A stretch of DNA of 64,000 nt from Mizuhopecten yessoensis (Eukaryota), in assembly GCF_002113885.1 (NCBI RefSeq), contig NW_018408893.1:1-64000 (forward strand). The letters are read 5' to 3'. Made by a program: the position numbers and the translations under genes. Below the pieces are notes generated by a model. That model had not been told where the DNA came from. It saw nothing but the letters and a program-made list of their open reading frames with translations, and searched no databases. Shown one piece after another: positions 12,851 to 26,254 of this stretch (its first letter is position 1; every line of letters starts with the position of its first letter).

Positions 12851-15800
12851 TTAAAACGCCTGAAAAATTAAACATACATTAAGTATTTGATGGAGTCAGC
12901 AAACGCAAATTTCAAATTTATACAATAATTTTCTTTTTAAAATATTAAATCCAAAAATGACCCTCCCATTTGTAACTTTTGTCTTTCCTTTTTTACAAAT
13001 ACAGTTAATAAATTGTCCTTTTGTGAGTGTTTCTTAAATGTCATATTTGTAGATGTATATGTTCAGTAAATTTGCAATAGCCAACACCTAATATTAAGTA
13101 GCATATTTAAAACATAAGTTTTGTCGGTGAGCGGGCAGGAATTAGCACTTTCGAGTCATTGTTGAAATGTTGCTGATTGATAGATTCCTACTTATCTGGA
13201 TTTGGATAACAAATTGCAATGTGGCTGGATTTGATTTAAATATAGACGTCGAACTGGGAGTGTAAACGGACAATATGATAGATACATGTAATGATGCTTC
13301 ATTTAAAAGGACAGAAAAAATAAATCATGCTGTTTTACTTTTTTACAATAATTAATAAAAAAAAAACACCACCCTGCAGATTTTTACATAAGCGACACAT
13401 AATCACATTAAAAGTATAACAAGTGTATATCGCACTCAAAATGGCAAATGAAATGTCAATATTATTTTCAGACAGTTTTTCTAAATGTTCAAGTTGTTTT
13501 GGTCTTTATGCCTCTACATATAGTTTAACCTCTGTTTCCCAATCAACATTTAACCAGTAATATTAATTCATATGAATTGTGATGTTGACACATTAAGGCA
13601 TACGCTTCATACAGACTAATAAAATATAATAAAGTTATACAAGTTTCTCCCTTCACTGATGTGTCTCCAATCCATCAATGATTTATCTATTCCAAACTGA
13701 TAAGTGTCCCATCCTTAATTACTGATTCTCTTATTCTTTATTGATATGTCTCCCATCCTCCACTGATGTGTCTCCCATCCTCCTTTGATGTGTCTCCCAC
13801 CCTCCACTGATGTCTCCCACCCTCCATTGATGTGTCTCCCACCCTCCACTGATGTGTCTCTGACCCTTGAATTATGTGTATTCGCCCACCACTGATGTGT
13901 CTCCCATCCTCCACTGATGTGTCTCCCACCCTCCACTGATGTGTCTCCCACCCTCCACTGAAGTGTATCCGACCCTTAAAGTATGTTTATTGACCCACCG
14001 CTGATGTGTCTCCCAACCTCAACTGATGTGTCTCCCAACTTCCACTGATGTGTCTCCCACCCTCCACTGAGGAGTCTCCCGCCCACCTCTAATGTGTCTT
14101 CGACCCTTGAACTATAGGTGAACGCCTTACACTGATGTGTCTCCCACCCTCCACTGATGTGTCTCCCACCCTCCACTGATGTGTCTCCCACCCTCCACTG
14201 ATGTGTGTCCCACCCTCCACTTATGTGTCTACCAACCACCACTGATCTTACTAACTTCGCTTTTATATAGTTTTAATATATCCTTGGTAGACGTCTGTTA
14301 CTGTCACGTGAACCCTTACTAACTATTATATATCCTTGGTAGATTGCCGTTTTTTACACCCGCACTCTTACTAACAACAATATAATTTAACTACTATAAA
14401 TCCCTGGAAGACGTCCGTTATTTACATGTCATCCCTTCCTAACTACACTATAATACAACTTTGAAATATCCTGGATAGACTGGCATTACTTACACGAAAA
14501 CCCGTACTAACTCACTTCAATACAACTAAATAAATCTAAGGAAGACGGTCGTTGTTTATACTTGAACCCGTACTATACCTGGATATTTGACAGGATTGGT
14601 CTCCCAACGTCATTGAATTGCGACCACATTGGCACGGGTAGGGGAGCCATTAATGGTATACCTGCTGAGAACACGCCGCCGGTATTCGTTACTCCCTGTG
14701 CCCTTACAGCTGCTGCTGCTCCAGCTTCCGCTGCTCCTGCTCCTGTCCTTACCATAGGAGTTCCAATATTTCCTCCTCCTGCTTGATTGCGAATAGATGG
14801 CACCCTGCTGAATCCAAACATACGTGTTCCCTCTGAACGCATTGGCAATGTAAATGGTGCAAAATTTGGAGCCCGAAAAGCTGGTGTAGTTTGGAACGAA
14901 ACGGGTATCGACGTACGACCAGGCATTGCCGGTGCGTCAAAACTCAATGGTGTCAACGGAGTGACGGTGATTGGAGTTCGGCCCGTCATCATCGAAGATT
15001 GTCGAATTTGTGCACGTGGAGGTGGCCGGGGATTAAGTGATGGAGTATCATTAATTATAATTTGCGGAAGAACAGTGACAGATGTTTTGGGTTCATTGAA
15101 AAATGTACTCGATTGGACGGAAGGACCTGCAAATGTTGAAAAATGGGGGGAAAGGGATCCGGAATTTTGTGAAAAGCGTGATACTTGTGGTACTGCAAAG
15201 GTTTGAGGCACAGAATCAAAAATTACACGAGGTGGTTCGGTGGAGGTAAATGTCTGGGCCGACGAAATATCCAGTGGGTTTTGAAACGGCATCGCAAGAG
15301 GAAAAGGTGGAACTGTTTGCACGTTTACAGATGTTGAAGGAAATGAGGCCGAGGAAAAATCAGAACCCGAACCAACAAAAGGAGCTGTGAGGAATGTTTG
15401 ATCAGACGGAGGATAAAATGATGTTTGAAACATTTCAGGAGACCGGAAGAAAAACGTCGGTCGTCTTTCCGTTCTTAATCGAGCAGCAAAATTTGACGTC
15501 GGTAAATATGACATAGACGGTGGTCGTTCAAAATTCATTGGTGGAAATGTCAAAGATTGGGCGGAGGCAGGTACCATTCCTGATGACCTTTGAATGGCAT
15601 TGAAAGTGCGTTTTGGTTGATTTGCCAGTGTTGACATGAAAGGTTTATTAGTGAGACGCGGTTTACTGCTAGATAGTCGCATTGTGTTTCCAGCTCTAGC
15701 CGGAGAAAACATGACTCTACTCATTCGTGGAGGTAATGGAGGTTGTCTTGCCACAGTTGCGAAGAAACCATTGGTGCCTATTTGGTCAGTTGACGTTGAC

Positions 15801-16234
15801 GTTGATGTTGATGGATTTAGGTTATTGTTAACAATAGAGCTAGCAAATAAACTAGCACCACCATCTACCTGTGTAGACACTGTAGGCTCACTATTAGAGC
15901 CACTTGCGACCTGAGTGTTGGTGTTAAATGAACGTACCCCGCCAACTGTTCCAGATTTCCCAACTTCACTGGGCGCCTGTGGGTTGGCAAAACTATCCTT
16001 GAAGACAACGCCTTGTGAATCGGCTTCGATAGCATTATTGGTTACATCGGCTGTTGCAGGGGGTAAATCTGGCAAGTCATCACCAAGCAAGGAACCAGGT
16101 ATAGAGGGTATTTCTGTGTCCAGGGGGTTCACCCCTTCGGGTGGTAAAGCCCTCACCAACGGAATTACGCATTGTAAACACCCGATAATACATATCACCT
16201 CAATTGTCCTAGTCATTAATTGCATGGTGATCAT
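12851..16234 (-). CDS. Secreted Pro/Ser/Thr/Phe/Arg-rich low-complexity protein (~553 aa), candidate shell or extracellular matrix protein
   Basis: 1.66 kb ORF 14573-16234 in AT-rich DNA. Acceptor tttctgtttcag|G lies just before the ATG. Signal-like N-terminus ...ICIIGCLQCVIPLVRA|LPP. Either ends at the TAG at 14573 or splices CAG|GTATAG (exon end 14579) to tttttcag|GCG TTT TAA (12859-12851). Candidate 5'UTR exon ~17423-17510. Confidence 0.8.
13650..14225. repeat. 22-bp minisatellite
   Basis: Unit ccactgatgtgtctcccaccct; generates the GDTSVEGGRHISGGWETHQW pseudo-ORFs. Confidence 0.9.
14227..14572. repeat. Degenerate ~55-70-bp tandem repeat
   Basis: Recurrent cttactaact...atatccttggtaga motif, about 5 copies. 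Confidence 0.6.
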
Positions 16235-17533
16235 CCTGAAACAGAAAGAAACAAAGTAAACTAGAATATATATATAAAAAGGTGAAAACGCTAGGGAGGT
16301 ATTATAAATAAGAAACTGTTATCATTTGTTTTTATATTTAACCATCACAAGGACTTTTGAATGTTTTTTTGATTTACTATAAATATTTGTGACCAGGGAA
16401 CCTCTAAAGAGGTGAAAGCGTTAGGAAGGTACTAAGAAACTCTTGTCATTTGATTTTTTAAATATTTAACCATTACTAGGACTTTGAATATTTTTTCGCT
16501 ATATAAAGTCATTATACTTTAGTTCATCAATTGTCAATGTACATGTTTCAGCGGTATTCTACTTTAAGCGCTTTAAGTGCTCTCAATATCACGCTAATTT
16601 ATGACTGTGCCAATTGAAGTTTCTGAATAATATTTCTTAAAGCATATATTTTAAATGTACCATTTCATCAATGCCCTTAATGGTTAAAATTCGATAATAC
16701 GCTAAAATTTGAGTCCGCTAAAAGAAGTGCTTTTACAGTAACAAGGACCAAATTCATTTGAACTCTAAGTCAACTACAAAAAGGCAAAATATAAAACCTT
16801 CCCAGATAACATTCCACAAACAGGGTTTCTTGTCTATAAATGTTGAACTTGAAAACGATTTAAGAAAATAACCTTGCGTATCATGTGATAACGTGCGATG
16901 TAAATTAAAACAAAATGTCAAAAGAAACAGCATTACTTTACAAATAATAGCTTAATACTCCGTTGAATTGTAACGAAACCTCCCCGTTGCATGATAATAA
17001 TCATTCATTAAATGGGACCAGTATCCATATTCTTTGCATGGCATTTATCAAGGTTCCCACATACCGCGAGATAAAAACAATGACGTTGTACTCTCGAACG
17101 TTAGAATTACTATAGCAGACATTTTAAAGGTCCAAACGTTTACAAACTTTAGCATTTATTAAAAAAATATTTAAGATTTTTGTTTCGTTTTAAAATATAT
17201 CGAATAAATAATGTAAAAGATTCAAGAATGGGTATGTTGTACCAGTGAAAATGCTTCAATTAATGGAAAATTAAAATGTCTAAGCTTTTTGGAGTTGCTA
17301 GAAAATATCCTTTCAATTCAACAATATCTAAAATAAAATTAAAGTCTTAAAAAAGATATATAATTAGTAAGTGAATTGTTACATGAAAATCATTCTAATG
17401 ACATTAAATAGTGGGTACTTAACGTGAGTCGGTTACAATCAGCTAGAAGCCGAATAAGACTACTTCCACTAACCTGGGAGTCGGCCTGTCCGCAGCAGCT
17501 TAGCTAGAGTTACAGTAAACAGCTCGTATGGTT

Positions 17534-17540
17534 CTTTATA
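17534..17540 (-). promoter_or_regulatory. Candidate TATA box for the 553-aa gene
   Basis: TATAAAG on the minus strand ~115 bp upstream of a candidate donor CTCAC|GTTAAG (~17423). The neighbouring gene has a similar CTCAC|GTAAGT at ~26869. Confidence 0.4.
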
Positions 17541-18329
17541 CGTCCACCCCAGCACCTCAGCATATCAGTAGACGAGAACGGAATTTCCTCACCTAATCGG
17601 TACGTCTGGTTCATCAATTATGCTATTGTAATTGAAACGAAACATCCGACCTTTAACCATTAACGAGGGGTGTGAAGCGGTCAGATAATACTTCATCAAC
17701 CGAGCGTAGTTTACTTTTTAAATGTTGATGTAAACAACTTTTTTTCTGTTCTGCTTGCTTGGGTTATACATCTATAGTGACAGGCGCGTGACCTTTCATG
17801 TCACATGCAGGCTGGTTTTGTTCGGCATGGACTTCCTGCTGATAACACAACGCTATCATGACCACTTTGTTTTGATCATTATTATTAAACGCTTGATATT
17901 ATTTACTATCCAATCCAAAAGTATTTTTCTCTTTTTATTCCTATTCGTCGATACAAAGTTGAAGAAGTATCTTTGTATCTTATTTTTCATAAAATATCTT
18001 AACAAACATCACTGATCTAGTATTTGGTTCAAACGCAGTCGAGTTATCTGGTGTTTGTCTGAACACTGTTCTTGTGTGTAGAAAAAATGTTAAAAATAAA
18101 AACAAATATTTGGGTAAAGTATGAAAACGCTAACTCGATTCGATTTCAAAAACACATCATGAACTTAATGTTAAACAGAGACGCTGTCCTAACAGCACTA
18201 TTACTACATAAACAGGTGTACATACAAACAGGACGATATATTTACCCATCATCTTGTCGCAAAAGGAATAAAAGGATTACATTTCGTCGTCATTTATTTA
18301 TCAATAAGAACAGTTAACGGTTATATAAT

Positions 18330-18532
18330 CTCATACACAAAAGGACAAAAACAACAAGAAAATACCGAAGTGTCAATAAAATATAATCTCGAACCCAAAA
18401 TCGATACAACTAGAGCAGAATATGAACAAAGGATAGATTTACATGGAGACCATTTGAAAATGAAAAAAAGGAATAAGACCAGATGTTCCGGAAGGGTAAA
18501 CGTTCTCTGCTTCATCAAAGGCACCCGCCGTG
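18330..18532 (-). mobile_element. Interspersed repeat related to the 3' region of the Penelope-like relic
   Basis: Minus strand gaacgtttacccttccggaacatctggtc...attgacacttcggtatt matches plus 8067-8196 gacgctagcccttccgaaacatgtggtg...gttgacacctcggtat. Confidence 0.6.
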
Positions 18533-21199
18533 TAAATCTAATTTTAAATCAGAACGTCATCTCGGAGACACAACAGGAATAGTGGAGAAAAAACAACAAG
18601 AACGATGAGTTCCATCTACGTAATCAAAAGTATCAGAACGCCATCTCCTACAATGTTTGTGAACATGAAAGAGAGGCTTCATGACATCAGATATGAAATG
18701 TAAGGTTCGCAGAGCAAGAATACCAAAATTGTATTTACAACAACGGTAACCTTTTCTGACCACAGTTGGTTGAATCATAATCTCAAAGCGGTGTTGTTTT
18801 TTAACATGTATACGATGTTTAATAACACTCACATACAATGATGATGCTGAAATAGAATAGTAAAAGGGAATTAGTCAAGACATCTACAAGAGATAATGTT
18901 TGTAAACGACGTGACAATTTAGTAAGTAATGAAGTCTTAAGTTCGATAACACCAAAATATGTTTTAAGTAACGTTGTCATTGGTTTTGAAATTAGAAGGT
19001 GAAACCAATAAACTCGTACAAGAGGTGATGTTTTTGAAAACATGTGTGTGAGGTTTCGTGACAATCGGTCGGACAATATATGAGCGAAGTCTGCAATATC
19101 CGACAACATAAGGTAAATTCTACTTACCACATTACAGCCTGTGTTTTAGTCTTTAGAACAGTTGTTTCGATGTAGATTGCTGTCTACATCACACAGGAAT
19201 GATTGTTTTTTCCCCAGACATTTTTCAGCAGTAGAAAATACTCTAAAGGTTCTGCTCTTCTAAGGTTTAAATCACGTACAAATTTCATTTTGATCTGGTG
19301 TAACCTGATATTATTGGATTTAACTAATTATGATTAATTTTAAAAGCATTTTGAAAATGTGAATTTCTTACGCTCCAAGCAACGTCAAAATATCACATTT
19401 TTTGACGCTTGATTAATCGCTTGTCATTGCGTCACCATTTTTAGACGTAGTAAGGTGTTTTTCAGTCGTACAAGTTTTTAATTTTCAATTTTATAAAAAT
19501 AATATGAAATAAAGTAGAAAACTATACAATTTTGATATTTAGAGACATGCCTATCAAGAATTGTATATAATTATATAGTTAAAATGTATGCTCAATAACA
19601 ATTGCAATTTATTTACTCGTGCACTAACTTTTCTAATGAAGCTTCATATATATATATCTAAATTAAATATTATAAATGTCACAATTTGAATTTACTACTG
19701 TATCAAGAAATGTTATGACGCTTTCTACCAAGCAACTAAATGATAGGCATAATTTTGAGCCAATACTGAGTACTGAAAACAAAGTAGGAAATTATACAAT
19801 TTTGATATTTTAATGCTCATTTATATCAGCTGAAGAAGCCCATTTGTTTTTTTTATAATGCAAAATTTGAAAAATTAGGTAAAAAACATAACGGCAAAAA
19901 AAAAAAGTATAGCGACACCCTCTTTCACTGTTGTAAAGAGATAAACGCATTTTCTTTTAATCCAGTGAATATTTAATTATATCAGTGATCAGATCTGTTT
20001 GTATTTAACCGTTAAAACAGCAAAAACTGTAGAAAAAATGAGGATTTGTAAATTTAGATATAAGGGGTAGGGGTAACCTTTACTGTTTTCCTGAGGCAAA
20101 TATCATTTGTGCACACGTCCATAGATTTCTTATAACTCATTTGAAAGATAATATATATGAATTTGGTCACTTTTCGGTCTAAGTGGTAAATTTCTCGAAA
20201 ACTCTCATAAATAGTAAAATTCGTATGTTTGACCAATCTGACTAAACAAACGACACACGGTCGTATACATTTTTTTGTGCATTTTCTTATATTGTCCATT
20301 TTGAAATAAGATATGTCTCAAAAAAGGCTAATAAGTAGAAAATTTTGACTTTTCACAAGATCTGGTAATGGTGAACTGAATTGATGACGCATTTCTTTTG
20401 TGATATGGTATAGCTGCGCGAAGAGATCACGGAAACTGTAGTCGTTTTCATGGCCTGGTCTTAATTTGTTTAAATGATCAAATGTCTGTTTCCTGTCTTC
20501 GATCAATGGTGACATACATACTTCTCGCGAGTTTGATGGTGGTTTAAGTGTTTGATCGTACATTGAAATCCTAGTCCGTGACGACCTGAAAACTTTAAAT
20601 GTTAAACTTAAATGTTTTGAGTCTGATTTACATCTGCTTGAAAAAAAAGTGTATATACAAGTAACATCTATCATTTTCTTAAACGTCTGAGTTGCTTGGA
20701 CGTAAACATACAAACAAACCAAACCAAGCTTTGTCCTGAAACATGTGGTGTTATTCTCAAACTGGCAAGATCTGCATACATTCTCTGTTAGACGTTTGCA
20801 TAAAACATAAATCCTAGCAAACAGTTTGAATCAAATAGAATGTATTATAAAAATTAGATCATGTCCACGCCGAAGTATTTTAGAGGTATAATGGACTTGA
20901 TGTTTTCCGACTAAGACTAAGACTTTTTCTCGTTGTGTGTGAATTTTGTGCGAGGTGAGGGGAGGAGGAAATAAAACTTAACTATAAAATTTATTTTCGT
21001 ATAAAATTGACTACTTTTTATTTCAGGTGTTAGGCTTTCCAAATGAACAGACATGCGCAAGAGGTACAATGTTGGTCGGCTTGTCTCCTTGGTAATAGAA
21101 TTACAAAGATAGGAAAACAAAAAACAGTAAGGGTTGAAATGTATGCTTTAAGGGATAAGAAAAGACTACAACAGCAAATGAAGAGTCAGCAAATTTAAG

Positions 21200-21810
21200 G
21201 GCGTGACATCATGATTCCGCCGAATAAGAGTTTCCTGTTTCCTGTACTACGTACATGTGGAAATCATCGTGATAGATGTCACCCGACTACTAAAGGATTG
21301 GGTTTTGGCAATCCATAGTCCCCCATAGGTAATGATTTTTAGGAGATATGGCCCGGACAAACTTAAACAGTAAGGTCAAAGGTCATAGGCCAAAGCATAT
21401 AGGTCACAGTGAGGTCATAGTGACCTAATTTTGCACTCAGCCATCCCAAGATGCCTATGTCACTTAATCTGATTACTTCAGGTGAAATCGTAAAGAAGAT
21501 ATGTCCCGGACAAACATTTTCAAAAGTTAAGGGTCAGTGGTCAAGTCATACGTCACAGTGACCTTTTTCTTTCACGCTGCACTCCGCCACCCCAAGATGT
21601 CCTTGTGTACCAAACATGGTTACTCCAGGTGAAAAGTACAGAAGATATGCCCCGGACAATATTTTTCTAAAGTTAAGGTCATAGGTCAAAGACATGTTAC
21701 AGTCAGGTCATAGTGACCTTCTTCTTACACTCTGAACTCCGCCATCCCATGATGTCCTTGAACACTTAATACGGTTTCTCTAAATGAAATAGTATAGAAA
21801 GGTACCAAAC
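21200..21810 (-). mobile_element. Partial HINE-like element with internal tandem repeats
   Basis: Repeated gatatg.cccggacaa / aaggtca / gtgacct / ccgcca.cccaagatg units; 5' end not seen. Confidence 0.5.
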
Positions 21811-22982
21811 CAAAAGGGTAAGTGTCTTTTGCTGTATCAACTACTTCTACATGTTAATAAAGATAAAAGACAAGCACTGTCATATCCCCAAAGTGAAAGT
21901 CGGGCTTGTGACAAAACCACAAGGAACACAAATGGACGAAATCAACTTATATATCTAACAAAGAAACATAACATTTACCAGCGAGATCATCATGGCGACC
22001 AGAAATCATGTGCTCACGATATGATAACCACATTTTATATATGATATGGCGTTAGGAGATTATGATGTGATGTAACGCCATCATTCCTATTAATAACCTA
22101 AAACTGTTGTAAGGTGAGCAGCGCCTGATCCAAACTTAATTACTACCAACATACCTATGATGTAGGTATACATTTTTTATTGCACTCATAGAAATACCAT
22201 AAAAAGAATTACTAGCCAACACGATTAGATAGTGATGCATGGCGATTGCTTTAAGTCCGTTTGATGTTATCAGGACAGAGGTGAAATCACATACAGTTAC
22301 GTAAAACATTGTAATATGACTTAATTATATAACAAATGCTTCGGTTCGTAAATTGGACAGACATGTTTTTTTTTTCAATCAGAATAACATATATCATACC
22401 TACAAAGGTAACGAACTATCGGTCATTGCGTCTAACCACCAGAGCATTGTAATGTACGATCGCTGGCGGGACGGGAGGTGATGACGGACGCTATACAACA
22501 AAGGCATCCATCACTGACGGCCAGTCAACCATACCGGACGTCAGGGAAATAGCCTCCTCAACGTGCGTCCCACCAGTATCATGTGACTAAGTCTGACGTC
22601 AACACCTCCAAATCAATAAGAAATGGAGGTGTAAAAATTACAATCACAGTTTGTTGGAGGTAAATTCGGCCAATCAGAATTTAAAAGTGTTATGAAAAGA
22701 TAACACCATATATCAATGATAAACTTTTTTTAACCCGAATTCCATTGGCCTCGTATTTCTTAAAATCCTTTGCTTTTGTGACAATATTAAATTTTACTAT
22801 TAATTGAATAATTTGAAAAATTTGGTGTTGGCTATTAGTGTTTTAACCAATATGTCATGTTAATACATTTTCTTGTATATAGAGGAATATTAAGATCATT
22901 GCTTTTCGTGATGTACCTTTTTTTTTACCATATCCAGTCATGTAAGAAAAACTTAACCAGTTAAGATTAGTGTGCTCGCTAC

Positions 22983-23137
22983 TGTGATTTCACAAGGGGT
23001 GACCCTAATCCGTATGACATTACATTTACAAAAAGGGAGTCACTCCGGCGGGTTAATATTCTCGTTATTGTGATTTCACAAGGGGTGATCCTAATCCGTA
23101 TGACATTACATTTACAAAAAGGGAGTCACTCCGGCGG
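22983..23137. repeat. 69-bp direct duplication
   Basis: 22983-23051 and 23069-23137 differ at one base. Confidence 0.9.
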
Positions 23138-24209
23138 ATTATTTATTTATTTATACTCGTTTATGAAAATGAAGTGATTCTATGAATTAAATGTTTATCT
23201 GCCAACTACATTAGGTAATATGATACGATAAAGCAAGGTGAATAACACATAAGCCATGTAGTAAAACAATTATATTTAGTATGTTCGGTGCGATGTTGCT
23301 ATTGAGGGTATACATAATTTATTTATTTATTTTACTTGATCACGGGAAATGTTTTAGAAAACTGCGGAATGGCGATGGTCGATGGGCATTGAGGAGGTGG
23401 TAAATGACTACTAGAGAAAGCACACACTCCTTCATACGTAATGGAACTTGATTACAGATTTAGAAAAAGCAGAGGTCTTATCACGCAAAAAGGTTTCACG
23501 TGTAATCAGTATGATCCCAAAATTTTGGCATACCAATCAGAAACGTAATTTTGTGATGCGAGAAATGAAAGTGGGATCTATTTTAGACGCCAAGAGCTTT
23601 CCCCTCTATTTCTTAACATAGCATCCTTTAGAGGGATGTTTTAGTTTTGATCGAAATTTCTAAACCGTCTTATATTGCCCCCTACACATCAGGATAGATC
23701 ATAACATATGTTGTGCTTGGTCGATCATCCTCGATACTTAAGGGGTAATCGATATACAAAACGTTTAACTTCGCTTCCGTAGGTAGACGTCTATAGTCAG
23801 TTCGATCTCGGTCACAAAAAGTAATTAATGAAACTTTGAATTAATTGATATAAAATTGAAAAATATATAAAAATGCAATGAGTCTTACAGCTTTCGACTA
23901 TTTAGTAAAATACCTATTTTAATGGTATATGGTTATATAGGATAAGGCAAGATCATAAATGAGGTAGGTTGTCAGAGCAATAAGAATTTTGTTTGATGGA
24001 ACAGTTATCCGGACACAATTAAATTTGCATCTCGTATATATATCTGTCGCAATATGGTAACAACTCTATAATTGGTCATTGTCAGGCTTTTATTTTTAAA
24101 TCAGGGCAGATAAAACATCTGCAACTTAAGTTAATATGACGTGCTAGAAGAGCTAGATTGTGGTCCAAAATATTATCAGTCATAATCATTCGCTTGACGG
24201 CGCCAGGGT

Positions 24210-25430
24210 CTACGAGGGAACTGGGAAGAGTTTTGCGAGATCTTTGTTCGTTTCCAGGTTAAAGGAGCTTACTTGCTGTTTTGGATTAATCAAAATGCCC
24301 TGGTTTCTCCATGAAACTCCTCCGTCGACATAAACAGGTGGCAGAACGTCCTGTGAGAAACCTCCATCAACCACAACTGGAGTTTTACCACTTTTGTCAC
24401 GATTTTTAAATGCCTCCAGGATCCTTTTGCTTAAAGAGTTTTGATCGAGGCGTTCTAAACGGCGATTGGCATTGCTAAAATGGCGTCTGGCTGCAGGAGG
24501 TAAAACCTGGTTGTTGCCCGTATTTGCAAATCGAGGTCCTACGGTTGAAGGAGACCTTGCGAGAAACTCATTTATTTGTCTCAACTTCTCTTGTGCTTCT
24601 CGTCTAATTTCCTCGTCAGATCTGGATCTAAACCGGAAATTGGATGACGCCTGATTAACGTTTATGTTAGCAGAACTCTCGGAATTTGAAGTGTGTCCTG
24701 TCTGTTTTGGAACATCCGGTTGGCTTTGGGATGGGTTAGATGTCTCCACTATACTGTTCGTTTGTGAACTCTGCTGGATAGGCCTCTGGTTAGTGTTTTG
24801 AGCCCTTCTCCCTAAAATAAAGTCGACGAGCCTTTGGGTTGCGCTGTTTGATACTACAGGCCTTCTTGCATGTGTTGTCGATGGGTTTACCTGAGGTACG
24901 ACATTATTCCTTCTGGATATTATGGGATTAGGACGATTTGTCCCCAACAATGACGGATGATTTAGACTTGACCCTGTAAAGCGCCGCCCAAAGTTGAAAC
25001 CGACAGGATTGTGCCCCCTGCTAAACTGAAGACGATTTTGTGGGATAAATGGAAGGGTTGATCGGCGAATTACAGAGTCTATTGGAGCTGGACGATTGAA
25101 GGCAAATCCTGGAGTCATCCGACCAGACTGGGTCGGAAACATCATCAGCAGACCATTTGAGTTCATCCAACCGTTTGCTCCTATTCTAGATGGGGAAAAC
25201 CCCGTTCTAAATCCTCCTAGATTATTTGTAAATTGGCTTGTTTGAATCGAGGGCCTGTCAGATGAACGAAAGTTATTCGGTAATGAATTGGGGATTCTAA
25301 ATTGTTGTGCAGATCTTTGAGGTTGTATCGGAGACGTTGGAACGTCGGGCGTACGAACTTGTAGGTTGTTGATTCCATCTTGAGCCCAGGAAGATCCGAT
25401 AACACACAGAAAATAGACCGCCACGAGCAT
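24210..25430 (-). CDS. Secreted Arg/Asn/Gln/Ser/Pro/Phe-rich low-complexity protein (406 aa), candidate shell or extracellular matrix protein
   Basis: Long ORF. Acceptor ttttttattcttag|25456 precedes the ATG at 25430, giving signal-like MLVAVYFLCVIGSSWA|QD. AATAAA on minus at 24089-24094. Upstream UTR-exon donor GTAAGT near 26869. The ORF-track start at 25559 is probably intronic. Confidence 0.82.
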   Translation of the reverse strand: MLVAVYFLCVIGSSWAQDGINNLQVRTPDVPTSPIQPQRSAQQFRIPNSLPNNFRSSDRPSIQTSQFTNNLGGFRTGFSPSRIGANGWMNSNGLLMMFPTQSGRMTPGFAFNRPAPIDSVIRRSTLPFIPQNRLQFSRGHNPVGFNFGRRFTGSSLNHPSLLGTNRPNPIISRRNNVVPQVNPSTTHARRPVVSNSATQRLVDFILGRRAQNTNQRPIQQSSQTNSIVETSNPSQSQPDVPKQTGHTSNSESSANINVNQASSNFRFRSRSDEEIRREAQEKLRQINEFLARSPSTVGPRFANTGNNQVLPPAARRHFSNANRRLERLDQNSLSKRILEAFKNRDKSGKTPVVVDGGFSQDVLPPVYVDGGVSWRNQGILINPKQQVSSFNLETNKDLAKLFPVPS

Positions 25431-26254
25431 CTCGACTATTTCAGTGGCGCCAAGACCTAAGAATAAAAAAGGGGCAATGTATAGAGAACCACTGCTAGAT
25501 AACATGATTGATGAAAACTCTGTGATGGGGTAGTATATGTAATTAATGATAAATAACAATATAAGTAATTACTCTGCGATGGGTGCTTGATAAAAGCAAT
25601 AATAAATAACAAATAATCAGAGATAACTTTGTGGTAGGATGGCATATACTTCAGACCTACATAGGATGTACCGCTCAATTAATTAAATGAGCGAAAACGG
25701 GAAACTATTCTCCTTAAAAGTATTATTGAAAATGTTCACCATTTTTGGACTCGGCATCCTACAAGAAAAAAGATATCCTCATGTAACATTTAATTCCAAT
25801 GATAAAGAAACAAACTTTACAGATATTAATATGTATATGGTGATAGGATTGGGATATATAAATATTTTCAATGTTATGACCATGTGATCCAAGGAGTGGA
25901 ACCAGTCTCGCTATGACTCATACTGTAAGAAAGATTGTTTGCAATTGTTTCTTCATAGTTAACACACATGGTTTTTGATGCAAACCTTCACCATTATAAG
26001 TTAGAACAAAAAGACCCCTGTTACCTTTTAAGTGGAAAAGAGTAATTTATACAAGGAAACTCTGTAGTTCTTATCCATCTTTGATTCCTAAAATGGCCTA
26101 ATATCAGCACCCTTTGTCCAACGGAAATTCAGAAAAAAAATAAGAGCTTTTGACTCGATATAGACAATGTCAAAATATAAACTCTATTTTACACAAAATA
26201 TGAATAAAGTTATTTAATTTTATAAATCACTCTTGTTAGCCAATATGTTAGCGA

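Noticed and set aside
13715-14242. Repetitive ORFs (GDTSVEGGRHISGGWETHQW)
   Set aside because: Translations of a 22-bp minisatellite cycling through three frames.
14562-16259. Plus-strand ORFs of 74-139 aa
   Set aside because: Antisense shadows of the 553-aa minus-strand CDS.
20318-20722. 134-aa minus-strand ORF
   Set aside because: No recognisable domain or convincing splice partners; possibly transposon debris.
25431-25559. N-terminal extension of the 449-aa ORF
   Set aside because: A strong acceptor at 25457-25458 and a signal peptide beginning at ATG 25430 indicate the extension is intron/UTR.
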